A stretch of 64,000 bases of DNA from NCBI GenBank assembly GCA_964401135.1, contig CAYNXC010000001.1:210264-274263 (forward strand). The letters run 5' to 3'. This document shows positions 36,051 through 46,016 of this stretch, one piece after another. The notes under the pieces are model-generated. The model made no database searches. It saw nothing but the letters and a program-made list of their open reading frames with translations, and was not told where the DNA came from. Both the position numbers and the translations under genes were made by a program. How positions within the stretch are numbered: the first letter of the stretch is position 1; every line of letters starts with the position of its first letter. The stretch comes from an uncultured Candidatus Saccharibacteria bacterium. Its GTDB lineage: Bacteria; Patescibacteriota; Minisyncoccia; Phycocordibacterales; UBA9988.

Positions 36051-37875
36051 GAAAAAAGAAGTGTCTGAGGAGGAGGCAAGTGTCTCCGTCATCCCCCGTG
36101 ATTTTTATGAGGGCAATCAACTTTCTCTCAAGGATGTCATCGCCCCTGCTGCGCTCCAAGTTAATCCAAGCTTCATCAACATTGGCGGTAAGTACGCACG
36201 CACCTTCTTTGTTATCTCCTACCCTCGACAGTTAGCAAAGAGTTGGTTTAGTCCCATCATCAACCTTGACCGTGTGTTTGATATTTCTATCTATGTGCAC
36301 CCTATTGACACTTCGGTAGTCCTCCGACAATTACAGAAAAAAGTTGCCGAGGTACAGAGCCAAATTTCAGTACGAGAGGAGCGGGGAATGGTGCGTGACC
36401 CCAAACTAGACACCGCGTACCAAGATATAGAATTCCTCCGCGACCAGCTCCAGCAATCGCGAGAAAAAATGTTTGATGTGGGTCTCTATCTCACCTTTTA
36501 TGGAGAGAGCGAGGAAGAGCTCAACAAAACAGAATCGGAAGTAAAAAGTATGTTGGAGTCAAAACTGGTATATGTGAAGCCTGCTGTATTTCAACAAGAA
36601 GATGGTTGGAAGAGCACTTTGCCGCTCGGTATGGACTTACTCTCTGTACATTCAAAATTGAACTCCTCTCCACTCTCATCACTCTTCCCCTTTACCTCGT
36701 TTGACCTTACCAGTAACCAAGGGATCCTCTACGGCATCAACCGTCACAACGCCTCACTGGTGATGTTTGATCGCTTTTCAATGGAGAATTACAACTCCGT
36801 CACCTTTGCCAAGTCTGGATCGGGCAAGTCTTACGCCACCAAACTAGAGATCCTCCGGAGTCTTATGTTTGATGTGGATGTGATAGTGATAGACCCTGAA
36901 CGAGAGTATGAGTATATGGCGGAATCTGCAGGAGGGCGTTATTTTAACATTTCACTCACTTCAGAGCACCATATTAACCCATTTGATTTACCATTTCCCC
37001 GCGAAGATGAATCGCCTGCAGATGTATTACGGAGTAACATCATTAACCTCGTTGGGCTCTTTCGTATTATGTTGGGAGGCCTCACCCCTGAAGAAGACTC
37101 TATCATTGATTCTGCTATTACAGAGACTTACGCACTCAAAGATATTACTGCAGACAGCGATTTTACCGGAAAACCTGCCCCTATCCTCTCTGACCTTAAC
37201 CTCGTACTTGCCTCTATGGAAGGAGGGGAGTCGCTCTCACAGAGACTCAATAAGTACACTCAAGGCACCTGGGCGGGGTTCTTAAACCAACCAACCAATG
37301 TAGACATCAATAAAAAGTTTGTAGTCTTTTCAATCCGTGATATGGAGGATGAGCTCAAGCCTGTCGCAATGTACATTATTATGCACCATATTTGGAATGT
37401 AGTGCGCCGGACGCTTAAAAAAAGGATTCTAGTGGTAGATGAGGCGTGGTGGATGATGAAGGCAGAAGATACAGCCTCCTTTCTCTTCTCACTCGCTAAG
37501 CGCGGAAGAAAGTACTACTTAGGTCTCGCTACCATTACACAAGATGTAGGCGACTTCTTAAAGTCACCTTACGGGCTCCCTATGATTACCAACTCATCTA
37601 TACAAATACTCCTAAAACAATCGCCGGCATCTATTGATCTTGTTCAACAAACCTTTAACCTCACCGATGAGGAGAAGTACCTCCTCCTTGAGTCAGCAGT
37701 GGGGGAGGGAATCTTTTTTGCTGGGCTAAAGCATGTAGCGATTAAGGTAATCGCTTCGTACACCGAGGATCAAATCATTACCTCCGATCCTTCGCAGGTA
37801 CTCGCCATTAAAAAAGCGAAGGATGAACTGCGAGCGGCAGAGAGTGCTGGTCCCGTTGCAGGAGCTACGGCATGA
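36037..37875 (+). CDS. VirB4-like T4SS ATPase
   Basis: GILYGIN, FAKSGSGKS, VIDPEREY, INPFD, VVDEAWWMM, KRGRKY..GL..ITQ. Confidence 0.9.
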   Translation: MPLFKKKEVSEEEASVSVIPRDFYEGNQLSLKDVIAPAALQVNPSFINIGGKYARTFFVISYPRQLAKSWFSPIINLDRVFDISIYVHPIDTSVVLRQLQKKVAEVQSQISVREERGMVRDPKLDTAYQDIEFLRDQLQQSREKMFDVGLYLTFYGESEEELNKTESEVKSMLESKLVYVKPAVFQQEDGWKSTLPLGMDLLSVHSKLNSSPLSSLFPFTSFDLTSNQGILYGINRHNASLVMFDRFSMENYNSVTFAKSGSGKSYATKLEILRSLMFDVDVIVIDPEREYEYMAESAGGRYFNISLTSEHHINPFDLPFPREDESPADVLRSNIINLVGLFRIMLGGLTPEEDSIIDSAITETYALKDITADSDFTGKPAPILSDLNLVLASMEGGESLSQRLNKYTQGTWAGFLNQPTNVDINKKFVVFSIRDMEDELKPVAMYIIMHHIWNVVRRTLKKRILVVDEAWWMMKAEDTASFLFSLAKRGRKYYLGLATITQDVGDFLKSPYGLPMITNSSIQILLKQSPASIDLVQQTFNLTDEEKYLLLESAVGEGIFFAGLKHVAIKVIASYTEDQIITSDPSQVLAIKKAKDELRAAESAGPVAGATA

Positions 37876-38198
37876 AGCGTCGGATCAGTAACACCACTGC
37901 AGGTCTCCTTATTTTAGGAACACTTATTGCGGAACTACTCCAAGCAGTGACTAACTTTATTGGGGTTGGCTTCGTCTTAAACCCCATCGTGAGCATATTT
38001 ATCTGGCTCACAGCATACTTTGTATTCGCTACACATAATGTAAGTGTGTTTAGCTCTCGTAAGCTCGCCGCGGCACTCACGAGCGCTACAATAGAGATGA
38101 TCCCTTTTATTGCGGTAATCCCTGCGTGGACACTCTATGTGATATCCATTATTGTTATTTCCCGCAGAGAGGATCGTATACATCATACCGATGAGTAA
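37872..38198 (+). CDS. Small multi-TM protein
   Basis: 3-4 TMs with IE.IP.I..IP.WT motif; coupled to VirB4. Confidence 0.75.
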   Translation: MKRRISNTTAGLLILGTLIAELLQAVTNFIGVGFVLNPIVSIFIWLTAYFVFATHNVSVFSSRKLAAALTSATIEMIPFIAVIPAWTLYVISIIVISRREDRIHHTDE

Positions 38199-38247
38199 AT
38201 CCACAACACACCAAGGTATGCGCTCCTTTCAATGGTACAATGTGCTC

Positions 38248-39246
38248 ATGGTAAGATGCGCCATCTGTTTAATACTTCTCTTGTGTATACCAATGGGAGT
38301 GTCTGCGGCGATACTCAGTGGAGATGAGGGAGTCTCTGTGTCAGTCTCACCGGAGTACCCAGGTGCCGGAGAAGCTGTGACTATAAGTCTCTCGGGAAGA
38401 ACTTTTGATATCGATGCGGCCACTGTCACATGGACAGTAGAAGGAAAAAAAGTATTAGAAGGACCTGCTGAAAAAAATTATTCATTCACTACAAGTGAGT
38501 CCGGTGCAGTAAGTGCGATCACCGCAACAGTGCTCACGAGTGATGGCACCCGCTACCAAAAGGGAATAAGCATCAGCCCTTCGAAAGTAGACCTGATTTG
38601 GGAAGCACAAACCTATACACCACCTTTTTTTAAAGGGCACTCTCTTGCAAGTTCCGAGAGTGTAATCACCGTCGTTGCTCTCGCAGAGCTCAAGGGGGGT
38701 AACGGAACAAAAATACCTGCGAGTAAACTGATTTATAAATGGAGTAAGGATGGAAAAAATATCTCAAGCGCGTCAGGCTTAGGGAAGCAATCGTTTACTT
38801 TCACTGGAGCAAAATTATTTAATGACAATAAAGTAACGGTAAGTATTACTTCGCAAGACGGACTAGTAACAGCCGAGCGGAGCATTAGTATCCCTGTCTC
38901 TAATCCTCGTATTGTTGTCTATCCAGCTCCAGCGCTCTTAGGGACAGAGTATGGAAATGCACTCACGAACTCGTTCACATTACAAGAAGATGAGATGGGG
39001 GTCCGTGCGGTACCATTCTACTTTAGTACTACCGCAGTGGGGGCTCCTGCAACAAGGCTTGTATGGTCCTTGAATGGGAAAATTCTCCCCACAGAGCCTG
39101 GCTCAGATATGCTGGCAATATTACGAAAGGGGACGAGCGCTGGTACTGCTCGCATTAGAGTGGAGGGAGCGCACACAAGTAACCTACTCCAATCAGCCGA
39201 GTGGTCAGGAATAATTAATTTAGGATCTGGGACAAATACCTTTTAA
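38248..39246 (+). CDS. Secreted multi-Ig-like beta-sandwich protein
   Basis: Signal peptide; V.P.YP, VDLIWEA.TY.PPF.KG, repeated W..DG/NG motifs. Confidence 0.8.
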   Translation: MVRCAICLILLLCIPMGVSAAILSGDEGVSVSVSPEYPGAGEAVTISLSGRTFDIDAATVTWTVEGKKVLEGPAEKNYSFTTSESGAVSAITATVLTSDGTRYQKGISISPSKVDLIWEAQTYTPPFFKGHSLASSESVITVVALAELKGGNGTKIPASKLIYKWSKDGKNISSASGLGKQSFTFTGAKLFNDNKVTVSITSQDGLVTAERSISIPVSNPRIVVYPAPALLGTEYGNALTNSFTLQEDEMGVRAVPFYFSTTAVGAPATRLVWSLNGKILPTEPGSDMLAILRKGTSAGTARIRVEGAHTSNLLQSAEWSGIINLGSGTNTF

Positions 39247-39248
39247 CT

Positions 39249-40496
39249 ATGAAAATTATTCTTCACACACTCGTAGCATTCTCTATTTTTTCAAGCATCA
39301 TCACAGTTGCTTTTGCAGCAGAAGGGGGTGGTATTATTCTCTTAGAGCCGAGTGTGGTAAATGCGGGTGAAAATAGCCGAGTCCAATTTGGTCAGTATAT
39401 GTCAACGCTCTTTACCACCTTTATTACCGTAGCGGCAGTGCTTGCGGTACTTATGATTGTGATTGGCGGCATCCAATACATCACTTCATTCTCTGGTAGC
39501 GGTAAAGAACAGGGGAGGGTGCGCATTACCAATGCTATTTTTGGCCTCCTTTTGGCGGTATCTGCGTTCCTCATTCTCCAAACAGTGAATCCGGACTTAG
39601 TCTCGAGCGACACTCTCTCGCTTGATATTGGTAAGTTCTCTCCTATCACACAAAGTATTGCAAATGGATTATATAGCAAAGATGGAACTCGCGATGAGGC
39701 TCATGAGACTAAAGAAACAGATAAATCTGAGGAGGCCGCTGAATGGGGCCGTTGCACTCAAAATGGGTACAAAAAGTGTGTATGGATGGAAAATTGTGTC
39801 TCCATCGGGCCAGACAACCAACCTCTACCATATGTGGAAATACCAAAAAACAACTGTGACAAGCCGGCTATTGCGGACCAGATTGCCTCTTCTATATGTT
39901 GTGGAATGATAGATACTGAAAATAAAAAATATTATTTTATTAACACTGACGAAAGCTGTATTTCTTCTGCTTATAACAGCCTGAATGAATGTAACTCAGC
40001 AAAACCGAGTAACACTGCATGTAGGGATACCGAGATGACTCGTAGAGCCAACGAGACTTTAAATTACCCTCAATGTAGCAATCCTTCTGGGGGTAGTGAA
40101 GGGGGAGACACTTCAACAATTGGACAATGGCAGTATCAAACAGGGATTGAGAGACAAGCGGGAGACATGTCTAGCTCCGTTACTTCATTACTCTCCTGCA
40201 TGAGAGAGAAAATTCCTGACACATCTGTCGGGCAGATTTCTTCAATCAGTGACTCTAGACATATAGGAAACTTGTCTTCTTGTAATCAGGCAAACTGTAG
40301 TGGATGTTCTCACTCATGTAGATCTTGTCACTACGGGGGAGGAGTTTCTGGAGCTAAATCTATGGCAGTTGACTTCGGTGATGAGTGGAATAAGAAAAAG
40401 ATTATAAGTGCAGCAAGAGCATGTGACCCAGAGGCCTATATTCTTGACGAAGGGAACCATATCCACGTAAGCACAAGCGCCTGTCCTCGTGATTAA
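39249..40496 (+). CDS. VirB2/TrbC-like T4SS pilin fused to a Cys-rich stalk and an M15/LAS-like peptidase motif
   Basis: Pilin core LAVLMIVIGGIQYITS...I.NAIFGLLLA...ILQTVNPDL; 18 Cys; C-terminal SCH..G...AVD...HIH. Confidence 0.75.
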   Translation: MKIILHTLVAFSIFSSIITVAFAAEGGGIILLEPSVVNAGENSRVQFGQYMSTLFTTFITVAAVLAVLMIVIGGIQYITSFSGSGKEQGRVRITNAIFGLLLAVSAFLILQTVNPDLVSSDTLSLDIGKFSPITQSIANGLYSKDGTRDEAHETKETDKSEEAAEWGRCTQNGYKKCVWMENCVSIGPDNQPLPYVEIPKNNCDKPAIADQIASSICCGMIDTENKKYYFINTDESCISSAYNSLNECNSAKPSNTACRDTEMTRRANETLNYPQCSNPSGGSEGGDTSTIGQWQYQTGIERQAGDMSSSVTSLLSCMREKIPDTSVGQISSISDSRHIGNLSSCNQANCSGCSHSCRSCHYGGGVSGAKSMAVDFGDEWNKKKIISAARACDPEAYILDEGNHIHVSTSACPRD

Positions 40497-40504
40497 ATAG
40501 AACT

Positions 40505-41758
40505 ATGTCTTCCACTATTGTTAAAATTCTCTTCGGTCTCGCCATCGTCATACTCCTTTCCATTGGTGGGGGACTCATCTGGTACACACTCTTCTACCAA
40601 GCAGTGCCAGAGCCAATCAATACCGCGACAAGTTCTCCAGAGAATCTCTTTCCTGTTGGCGGAGAAGTAGAAGTAAGTACGGCAACCAGCACCGCAAGCT
40701 CTACACTTGGCGTGGCGGTAACAGGAGGAGGAGTAAGGGCGCGAGAGTTGCTTTCAAACCCGATCGCCGGATTTGGAGTATTTGGCTACTCAGCAACAAA
40801 TACGGTAGTTATTGCGGTGGATCGGAGCAATGGCCATGTGTACCGCATCTCTATTGCGTCTAGCACGGTTGAAAAAATCGCCAACACAACACTAGTAGGA
40901 GTGCAGGAGGCGTATGTAGGGGAGACTAAGAGCCTGTACTACATTATTTCTCGCTACGAGGCAAATTCAGGCTCACATACGCATATACAAAGCATTAAGA
41001 AGAGCTTGATAGCCATTACTGCAAGCTCAACAGTAAATTCGGGATCTCTACTCCCTCAAACGATCACGAGTATTGCTCTCTCCCCTAAACGAGATAGGTA
41101 TGCAACAGTGGTGAAGGGGAGTACTGGAGGGAGTATTGTATACATCACCGACTTTGCAACTGGGAAAAAACGGGAGTTGTACCGCTCACCACTTACTGAA
41201 TGGAATCTCCTCTGGCCCAACGAGAGTACACTCACCTTAGAGACAAAGGGATCATCTCGTGTACGAGGCACTCTTTTAAGTATCAACGCACAAACAGGAG
41301 CAGCGACGCGGATACTCGGTAATATAGCAGGGCTTACCTCACTTCCATCTCCCTCTCTCTCATACATCCTCGCTTCAGAGAGTAGAGATGATGGTGGAAT
41401 CAACCTATTCCGCTACACACCAAAATCGGGAGACCGAACACCACTCCCATTCTCTGTATTCCCTTACTGGTGTGTATGGGCACAAAAAACAGAAGGGTTG
41501 CTGTATTGTGCAGCTCCAGACACTATTCCTTCTGTACCCTTCCCCGACACATGGTACCGAGGGGAACTTTCTTTTAACACAAAAATATGGGAGTTTAATG
41601 TAAAAACAGGGGATAGTGAGATCGTGTGGAATCCAAATCTCACAGGGACTCTAAGAACAGAGGCACGGAACCTTGCTCTAAACTCTTCCGGGACACTCCT
41701 CTTCTACATAGACGACAATAATCTGACACTCTGGTCAGTGCGTCTCACTGATCTATAA
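40505..41758 (+). CDS. Membrane-anchored beta-propeller-like protein
   Basis: TM anchor, Thr/Ser linker, repeated blade-like segments, C.W...LYCA.P and PD.WY.G motifs. Confidence 0.75.
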   Translation: MSSTIVKILFGLAIVILLSIGGGLIWYTLFYQAVPEPINTATSSPENLFPVGGEVEVSTATSTASSTLGVAVTGGGVRARELLSNPIAGFGVFGYSATNTVVIAVDRSNGHVYRISIASSTVEKIANTTLVGVQEAYVGETKSLYYIISRYEANSGSHTHIQSIKKSLIAITASSTVNSGSLLPQTITSIALSPKRDRYATVVKGSTGGSIVYITDFATGKKRELYRSPLTEWNLLWPNESTLTLETKGSSRVRGTLLSINAQTGAATRILGNIAGLTSLPSPSLSYILASESRDDGGINLFRYTPKSGDRTPLPFSVFPYWCVWAQKTEGLLYCAAPDTIPSVPFPDTWYRGELSFNTKIWEFNVKTGDSEIVWNPNLTGTLRTEARNLALNSSGTLLFYIDDNNLTLWSVRLTDL

Positions 41759-41765
41759 GCGTATA

Positions 41766-42464
41766 CTACGCGTGGAGGCGTTTATAGCCCTGTTCGTAAG
41801 CAATAGAGAAGAGGGTGTTAGTAAGCCAGTACAGAGCAACTGCGGCAGGGAGGCCAGCTGATACCACACCAATCACTATCGGCATAATATACTTCATTTG
41901 GAACTGCAGACTTCGATTAAAATCCTCAGCAAACGAGCGTTCTTCAGTTTGATTTGGAGAGGATGAGGGGAGAGAGAGTTTTGTGTGAATAAACTGTGCA
42001 ATGGTAATAATTACTGCAAACACAATACTTTTTGCACCTAGATCAACACCAAGAAAGATGGCATTAACATACGATGGCGCATGAACAAATGAGTAGAGCC
42101 CGTACTTGAGAGACTCCAGACCATCCCGAAAGACAAGAAATAAGCCAATAAATATGGGTATTTGCACTAAAATAACGGCAAACCCAGCAAAGGGATTGAC
42201 CCGGTGTTCTTTATAGAGCGCCATGACGCGACGAGCCTCCTCTTCACGATTACCAACAGTGTCTTTTTTGATTTTTTTCAGCTCCGGTTCTATTTTTTTC
42301 AGCTCTTTCTGTGTAGATAGAGCTCTATTTTGGAGAGGGATAAGCACTATCTTTACCAGCACTGTAAGAACAATAATAGAAAGTCCAATACTATTCCCAG
42401 GGAGTACTCCTGTTAAAAACACGAGGGCATTATAGAGAGGTTCGGATATGAGTGTATGGAACAT
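41766..42464 (-). CDS. yidC: YidC/Oxa1 membrane protein insertase
   Basis: G.SII.LT..VK..L.PL, LYKEH.VNP, QIPIF.GL, LYW..N. Confidence 0.93.
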   Translation of the reverse strand: MFHTLISEPLYNALVFLTGVLPGNSIGLSIIVLTVLVKIVLIPLQNRALSTQKELKKIEPELKKIKKDTVGNREEEARRVMALYKEHRVNPFAGFAVILVQIPIFIGLFLVFRDGLESLKYGLYSFVHAPSYVNAIFLGVDLGAKSIVFAVIITIAQFIHTKLSLPSSSPNQTEERSFAEDFNRSLQFQMKYIMPIVIGVVSAGLPAAVALYWLTNTLFSIAYEQGYKRLHA

Positions 42465-42471
42465 ACAGTGA

Positions 42472-42804
42472 CTACCTTAGCATATTCTTGATAGAAGTGA
42501 GAAGTTCATCTGTCTTCATCTTTAACTCCTTCTCACTCATTGTAGAGGGGTACGCAGTGAGACGGAGTACCATATCTACACCCTTGCCAATAAAATTATG
42601 TTGTTCAATACTCGTGTAGAGTATGCGTTTGACACGATGGCGATCAACAGAGCTCTTCACCACCACTTTTGGGACAACCACAGAGATTTTCGTCTCTGTG
42701 GAGGAGTGGGCAATGCGAATAGTAGTGAAAGGATTAGTGTATGTTAACCATCTTCTACGGATAGAAAAATCGGCCCTCTTCAGCCGATTTTTTTTAGGCA
42801 ACAT
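42472..42804 (-). CDS. rnpA: Ribonuclease P protein component
   Basis: MLPKKNRL, VVVPK...SSVDRHRVKR (RNR-like motif); canonical gene order. Confidence 0.9.
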   Translation of the reverse strand: MLPKKNRLKRADFSIRRRWLTYTNPFTTIRIAHSSTETKISVVVPKVVVKSSVDRHRVKRILYTSIEQHNFIGKGVDMVLRLTAYPSTMSEKELKMKTDELLTSIKNMLR

Positions 42805-42815
42805 ACACAGTATGG

Positions 42816-42950
42816 CTACACAGCAAGCTTTTTGCGACCTTTTCGCATCCGCCGCAACAAAACACCACGCCCAGAAGAAGTCTTTGTTCTGGTAAGAAAC
42901 CCATGGGTCTTCTGCCTCTTTCTATTCTTTGGATTATAGGTAAACGACAT
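42816..42950 (-). CDS. rpmH: 50S ribosomal protein L34
   Basis: Manual translation [44 protein letters not shown] (below the ORF-track cutoff). Confidence 0.96.
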   Translation of the reverse strand: MSFTYNPKNRKRQKTHGFLTRTKTSSGRGVLLRRMRKGRKKLAV

Positions 42951-43096
42951 ACGAATGGAGTATACAGAATGTATATACTTTTTTCAAGAGAATATACTTA
43001 TCCACCATAATCCACTCCTTATAAACATCTTGGATAGGTTTGTAGTTTAGTACTAAGAGTACTATAATCGCAACATAAAAATAACGAGCGGACCCT
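42951..43096. promoter_or_regulatory. Divergent rpmH/dnaA promoter region with degenerate DnaA boxes
   Basis: TTATCCACC (42998), TAATCCACT, TTATAAACA; TATAAT upstream of dnaA. Confidence 0.6.
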
Positions 43097-44440
43097 ATGG
43101 ACAACAAAGATCTTTGGGACAACGCCCTTGCGGAGATTGAAGTATATGTATCAAAAGCTAATTTTGGAACATGGTTTCGTAATACAGTAATTCTAAAGAC
43201 GGAAGGTGGGACAGTACATCTCGGAGTACCTAATGCTTTTGTGAAGGATTGGCTATCTAATAAATACCATCTTTCTATTCTTAAAGCGTTGAGAAATCAC
43301 TCTGAACAAATAAAGCATGTTGAATATATTGTTATTCGTGGAGAAAAGATAAAGATAGAAGAACTGCCAGTTAAACCCCTCTTTCGCGATCAATTAGAGC
43401 TATCTGAGTTGTATGTAAACAAAGAAGACAACTTAAACCCAAAATACATCTTTGATTCTTTTATTGTTGGACCATTTAACGAGACAGCATACGCCGCAGG
43501 ACAAGCAATCATTAAATCTCCAGGGACTACATACAATCCCTTATACATCTATGGAGGTACAGGGTTAGGAAAAACACACCTCACCCAAGCAATAGGGAAC
43601 ACCATCAAACAATTACACCCAAATAAAAAAGTTTACTACATTACTTCGGAGAAATTTGTTATCGAGGTAGTAAATGCAATTCAGAACAATAAAGCAAATG
43701 TATTCAAGGAAAAATATCGTAAGTATGATGTGTTTATTATGGATGATGTTCAATTTATTGCTAATAAAGATAAAACACAAGAAGAATTATTCCATTTATT
43801 TAATAGCCTATACGATCAAAATAAGCAGATTATTTTTTCATCAGATAAAATTCCAAAATATATACCAAACTTAGAAGAACGGTTACGATCTCGTTTTGAA
43901 GGTGGAATGATTATTGATATTGCACTACCAGACTACGAATCTCGCCTAGCAATATTAAAATCTAAGATAAAACAGAGTGATTTTTCTCCATCTGATGAGA
44001 TCATTGAATATGTTGCGTCAGTTATTAAGGGAAATATTAGAGAATTAGAAGGTGTTCTTAACTCTATTATTTGCCAATGCCAGTTAAAAAATAGAAATTT
44101 GAATTTGAGTGAGGTAAAAAACCTTATAAAAAATACCATAAAACCACAAAAAACCATCTCTATTAAGGATGTTCTTAAGATTATTGCTGGGTTTTATAGT
44201 ATTGATGAGAAGGTACTCTATGAAAAAACAAGGAGGAAGGAGGTAGTAAAACCGAGACAAATTATTATGTATATCCTCCGTGAAGATTTCAACATCTCTT
44301 ATCCTTACATTGGTCAAAAATTAGGTGGGAGAGATCACACAACTGTGATTCATGCATATGAAAAAATAAAAAAAGAAGTAAAACAGAATAATCTTATTAC
44401 ACAAGAAGTCGAACAAATACGGTCATTACTATACAACTAA
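43097..44440 (+). CDS. dnaA: Chromosomal replication initiator
   Basis: YNPLYIYGGTGLGKTHL, DDVQF, TQEELFHLFN, GGRDHTTVIHA. Confidence 0.98.
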   Translation: MDNKDLWDNALAEIEVYVSKANFGTWFRNTVILKTEGGTVHLGVPNAFVKDWLSNKYHLSILKALRNHSEQIKHVEYIVIRGEKIKIEELPVKPLFRDQLELSELYVNKEDNLNPKYIFDSFIVGPFNETAYAAGQAIIKSPGTTYNPLYIYGGTGLGKTHLTQAIGNTIKQLHPNKKVYYITSEKFVIEVVNAIQNNKANVFKEKYRKYDVFIMDDVQFIANKDKTQEELFHLFNSLYDQNKQIIFSSDKIPKYIPNLEERLRSRFEGGMIIDIALPDYESRLAILKSKIKQSDFSPSDEIIEYVASVIKGNIRELEGVLNSIICQCQLKNRNLNLSEVKNLIKNTIKPQKTISIKDVLKIIAGFYSIDEKVLYEKTRRKEVVKPRQIIMYILREDFNISYPYIGQKLGGRDHTTVIHAYEKIKKEVKQNNLITQEVEQIRSLLYN

Positions 44441-44657
44441 TATGTATAACTTGTGAATTATTAGTGAATAAAAAGTAGATAGTAAATTTTAAAAATAAAA
44501 AAATAAAAGATAATTCACTTACATACATACCTTATGTTCATACTATATCCACAATTCATAATAGTAAAAAATTAACACTAAACTCCTTTATAAGACTTAT
44601 CCACTTTATCAACAATACTAATAGTAATAAGTATTTAAAAAAAAGAATTTAATTATT
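44441..44657. other. oriC (dnaA-dnaN intergenic)
   Basis: Very AT-rich; boxes TGTGAATTA, AGTGAATAA, ATATCCACA, tandem TTATCCACT-TTATCAACA (44597-44614), followed by DnaA-trio-like TAC TAA TAG TAA TAA. Confidence 0.85.
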
Positions 44658-45752
44658 ATGAAAGTAGAATGTGTAAAAGAAAAACTAAAGGACGCATTAC
44701 TTACTGCTGATCGTATTACAGGTAAAAATTTATCGCTCCCCATCCTTTCTTATATTTATCTGCGAGCAATAAAAAATAAAATAATTATTAGATCAACAAA
44801 CCTTGATATTGGTGTTGAGATTATACTACCAGCAAAAGTAGTGAGAGAAGGACTAGTTGTTGTTCCTGGTTCATTACTTATTTCTGTACTATCAAATTCA
44901 ACCCATGAGATGATTACCCTTGAAGAAGTGAATGGTAATATAACAATTACTACACCAAATTTAAATACAATTATTAAGAGTGTCCCGAGTGATGATTATC
45001 CAAATTTACCTAAAAACGAAACAAGTGATGAGTATACACTACATACTTCACTCCTTACTTTAGGTATACAATCTGTTGTATTTGCGGCCTCATTGAGTGA
45101 TATTAAACCAGAAATAGCGAGTGTTTATATCTACTCTCACGACTCTCAATTATTATTTGTTTCGACTGATGGATTTAGATTGGCTGAAAAAAAGTTTCCA
45201 ATAAAATTATCACATGAATTTAAAGCCATTATTCCTTATAGAAATGCACTTGAAATAGCAAAGATCTTAGTTGGAAGTGATGAAGATTCTAAGATATTAC
45301 TCTCACCATCACTTATATCAATTCAAAGTGGGAACTATACTATTACTTCACGACTTATTGATGGGGTATATCCAGATTATCCACAATTAATACCATCATC
45401 ATTTTCTACTACATCAAGAATACCAAAACAGGACCTTGTAAACACATTACGACTCGCTCATATTTTTTGTGATAGAACAAATCAAATTCAACTTACTATT
45501 CAAGTGAGTGAAGCACTTTTTATGATTTATTCTCAAAATACTGAGAAGGGTGAATACTCGTCATCATTACAGTCAATTGTTGATGGTGAAGATCTACAGA
45601 TGAATGTTAATGTACGATATTTAGTGGATATATTATCCATTCTTCACAACCCAACAGTGTTTATTGGGTGTAATGGTCGTGGTAAGCCACTTTTTGTTCG
45701 GGATGATGGTGATAATTCTTTTCTATATCTTGTCATGCCAATGAATCGGTAA
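44658..45752 (+). CDS. dnaN: DNA polymerase III beta sliding clamp
   Basis: LPIL, STNLD, STDGFRLAE, SRLIDG.YPDY, YLVMPM. Confidence 0.96.
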   Translation: MKVECVKEKLKDALLTADRITGKNLSLPILSYIYLRAIKNKIIIRSTNLDIGVEIILPAKVVREGLVVVPGSLLISVLSNSTHEMITLEEVNGNITITTPNLNTIIKSVPSDDYPNLPKNETSDEYTLHTSLLTLGIQSVVFAASLSDIKPEIASVYIYSHDSQLLFVSTDGFRLAEKKFPIKLSHEFKAIIPYRNALEIAKILVGSDEDSKILLSPSLISIQSGNYTITSRLIDGVYPDYPQLIPSSFSTTSRIPKQDLVNTLRLAHIFCDRTNQIQLTIQVSEALFMIYSQNTEKGEYSSSLQSIVDGEDLQMNVNVRYLVDILSILHNPTVFIGCNGRGKPLFVRDDGDNSFLYLVMPMNR

Positions 45753-45755
45753 TGT

Positions 45756-46016
45756 ATGAACTCAATCTCTGATTTTTTAGGTAAATTTTCACAATTTCAA
45801 GATAATCAATCTCGGATAAAAAAAACGATATCCAGTATTATTCAAAATATATCAGGGATGGATATTCCTGAAACAAATATAGATATTATAGAAGATAGAG
45901 TCTATCTTAAGGTACACCCGGCTATATTAAATGAAATACTCATTCACAAATCTGTGGTGCTAACAGAAATTGAAAAAAAAACAAAAAAAATGTATAGAAT
46001 TATCGGCTTATCGTAG
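45756..46016 (+). CDS. Small protein after dnaN, candidate DciA/DUF721-like
   Basis: Position after dnaN and a pattern (VYLKV.P....EI..HK..VL..I) reminiscent of the DciA KH-like domain. Confidence 0.5.
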   Translation: MNSISDFLGKFSQFQDNQSRIKKTISSIIQNISGMDIPETNIDIIEDRVYLKVHPAILNEILIHKSVVLTEIEKKTKKMYRIIGLS

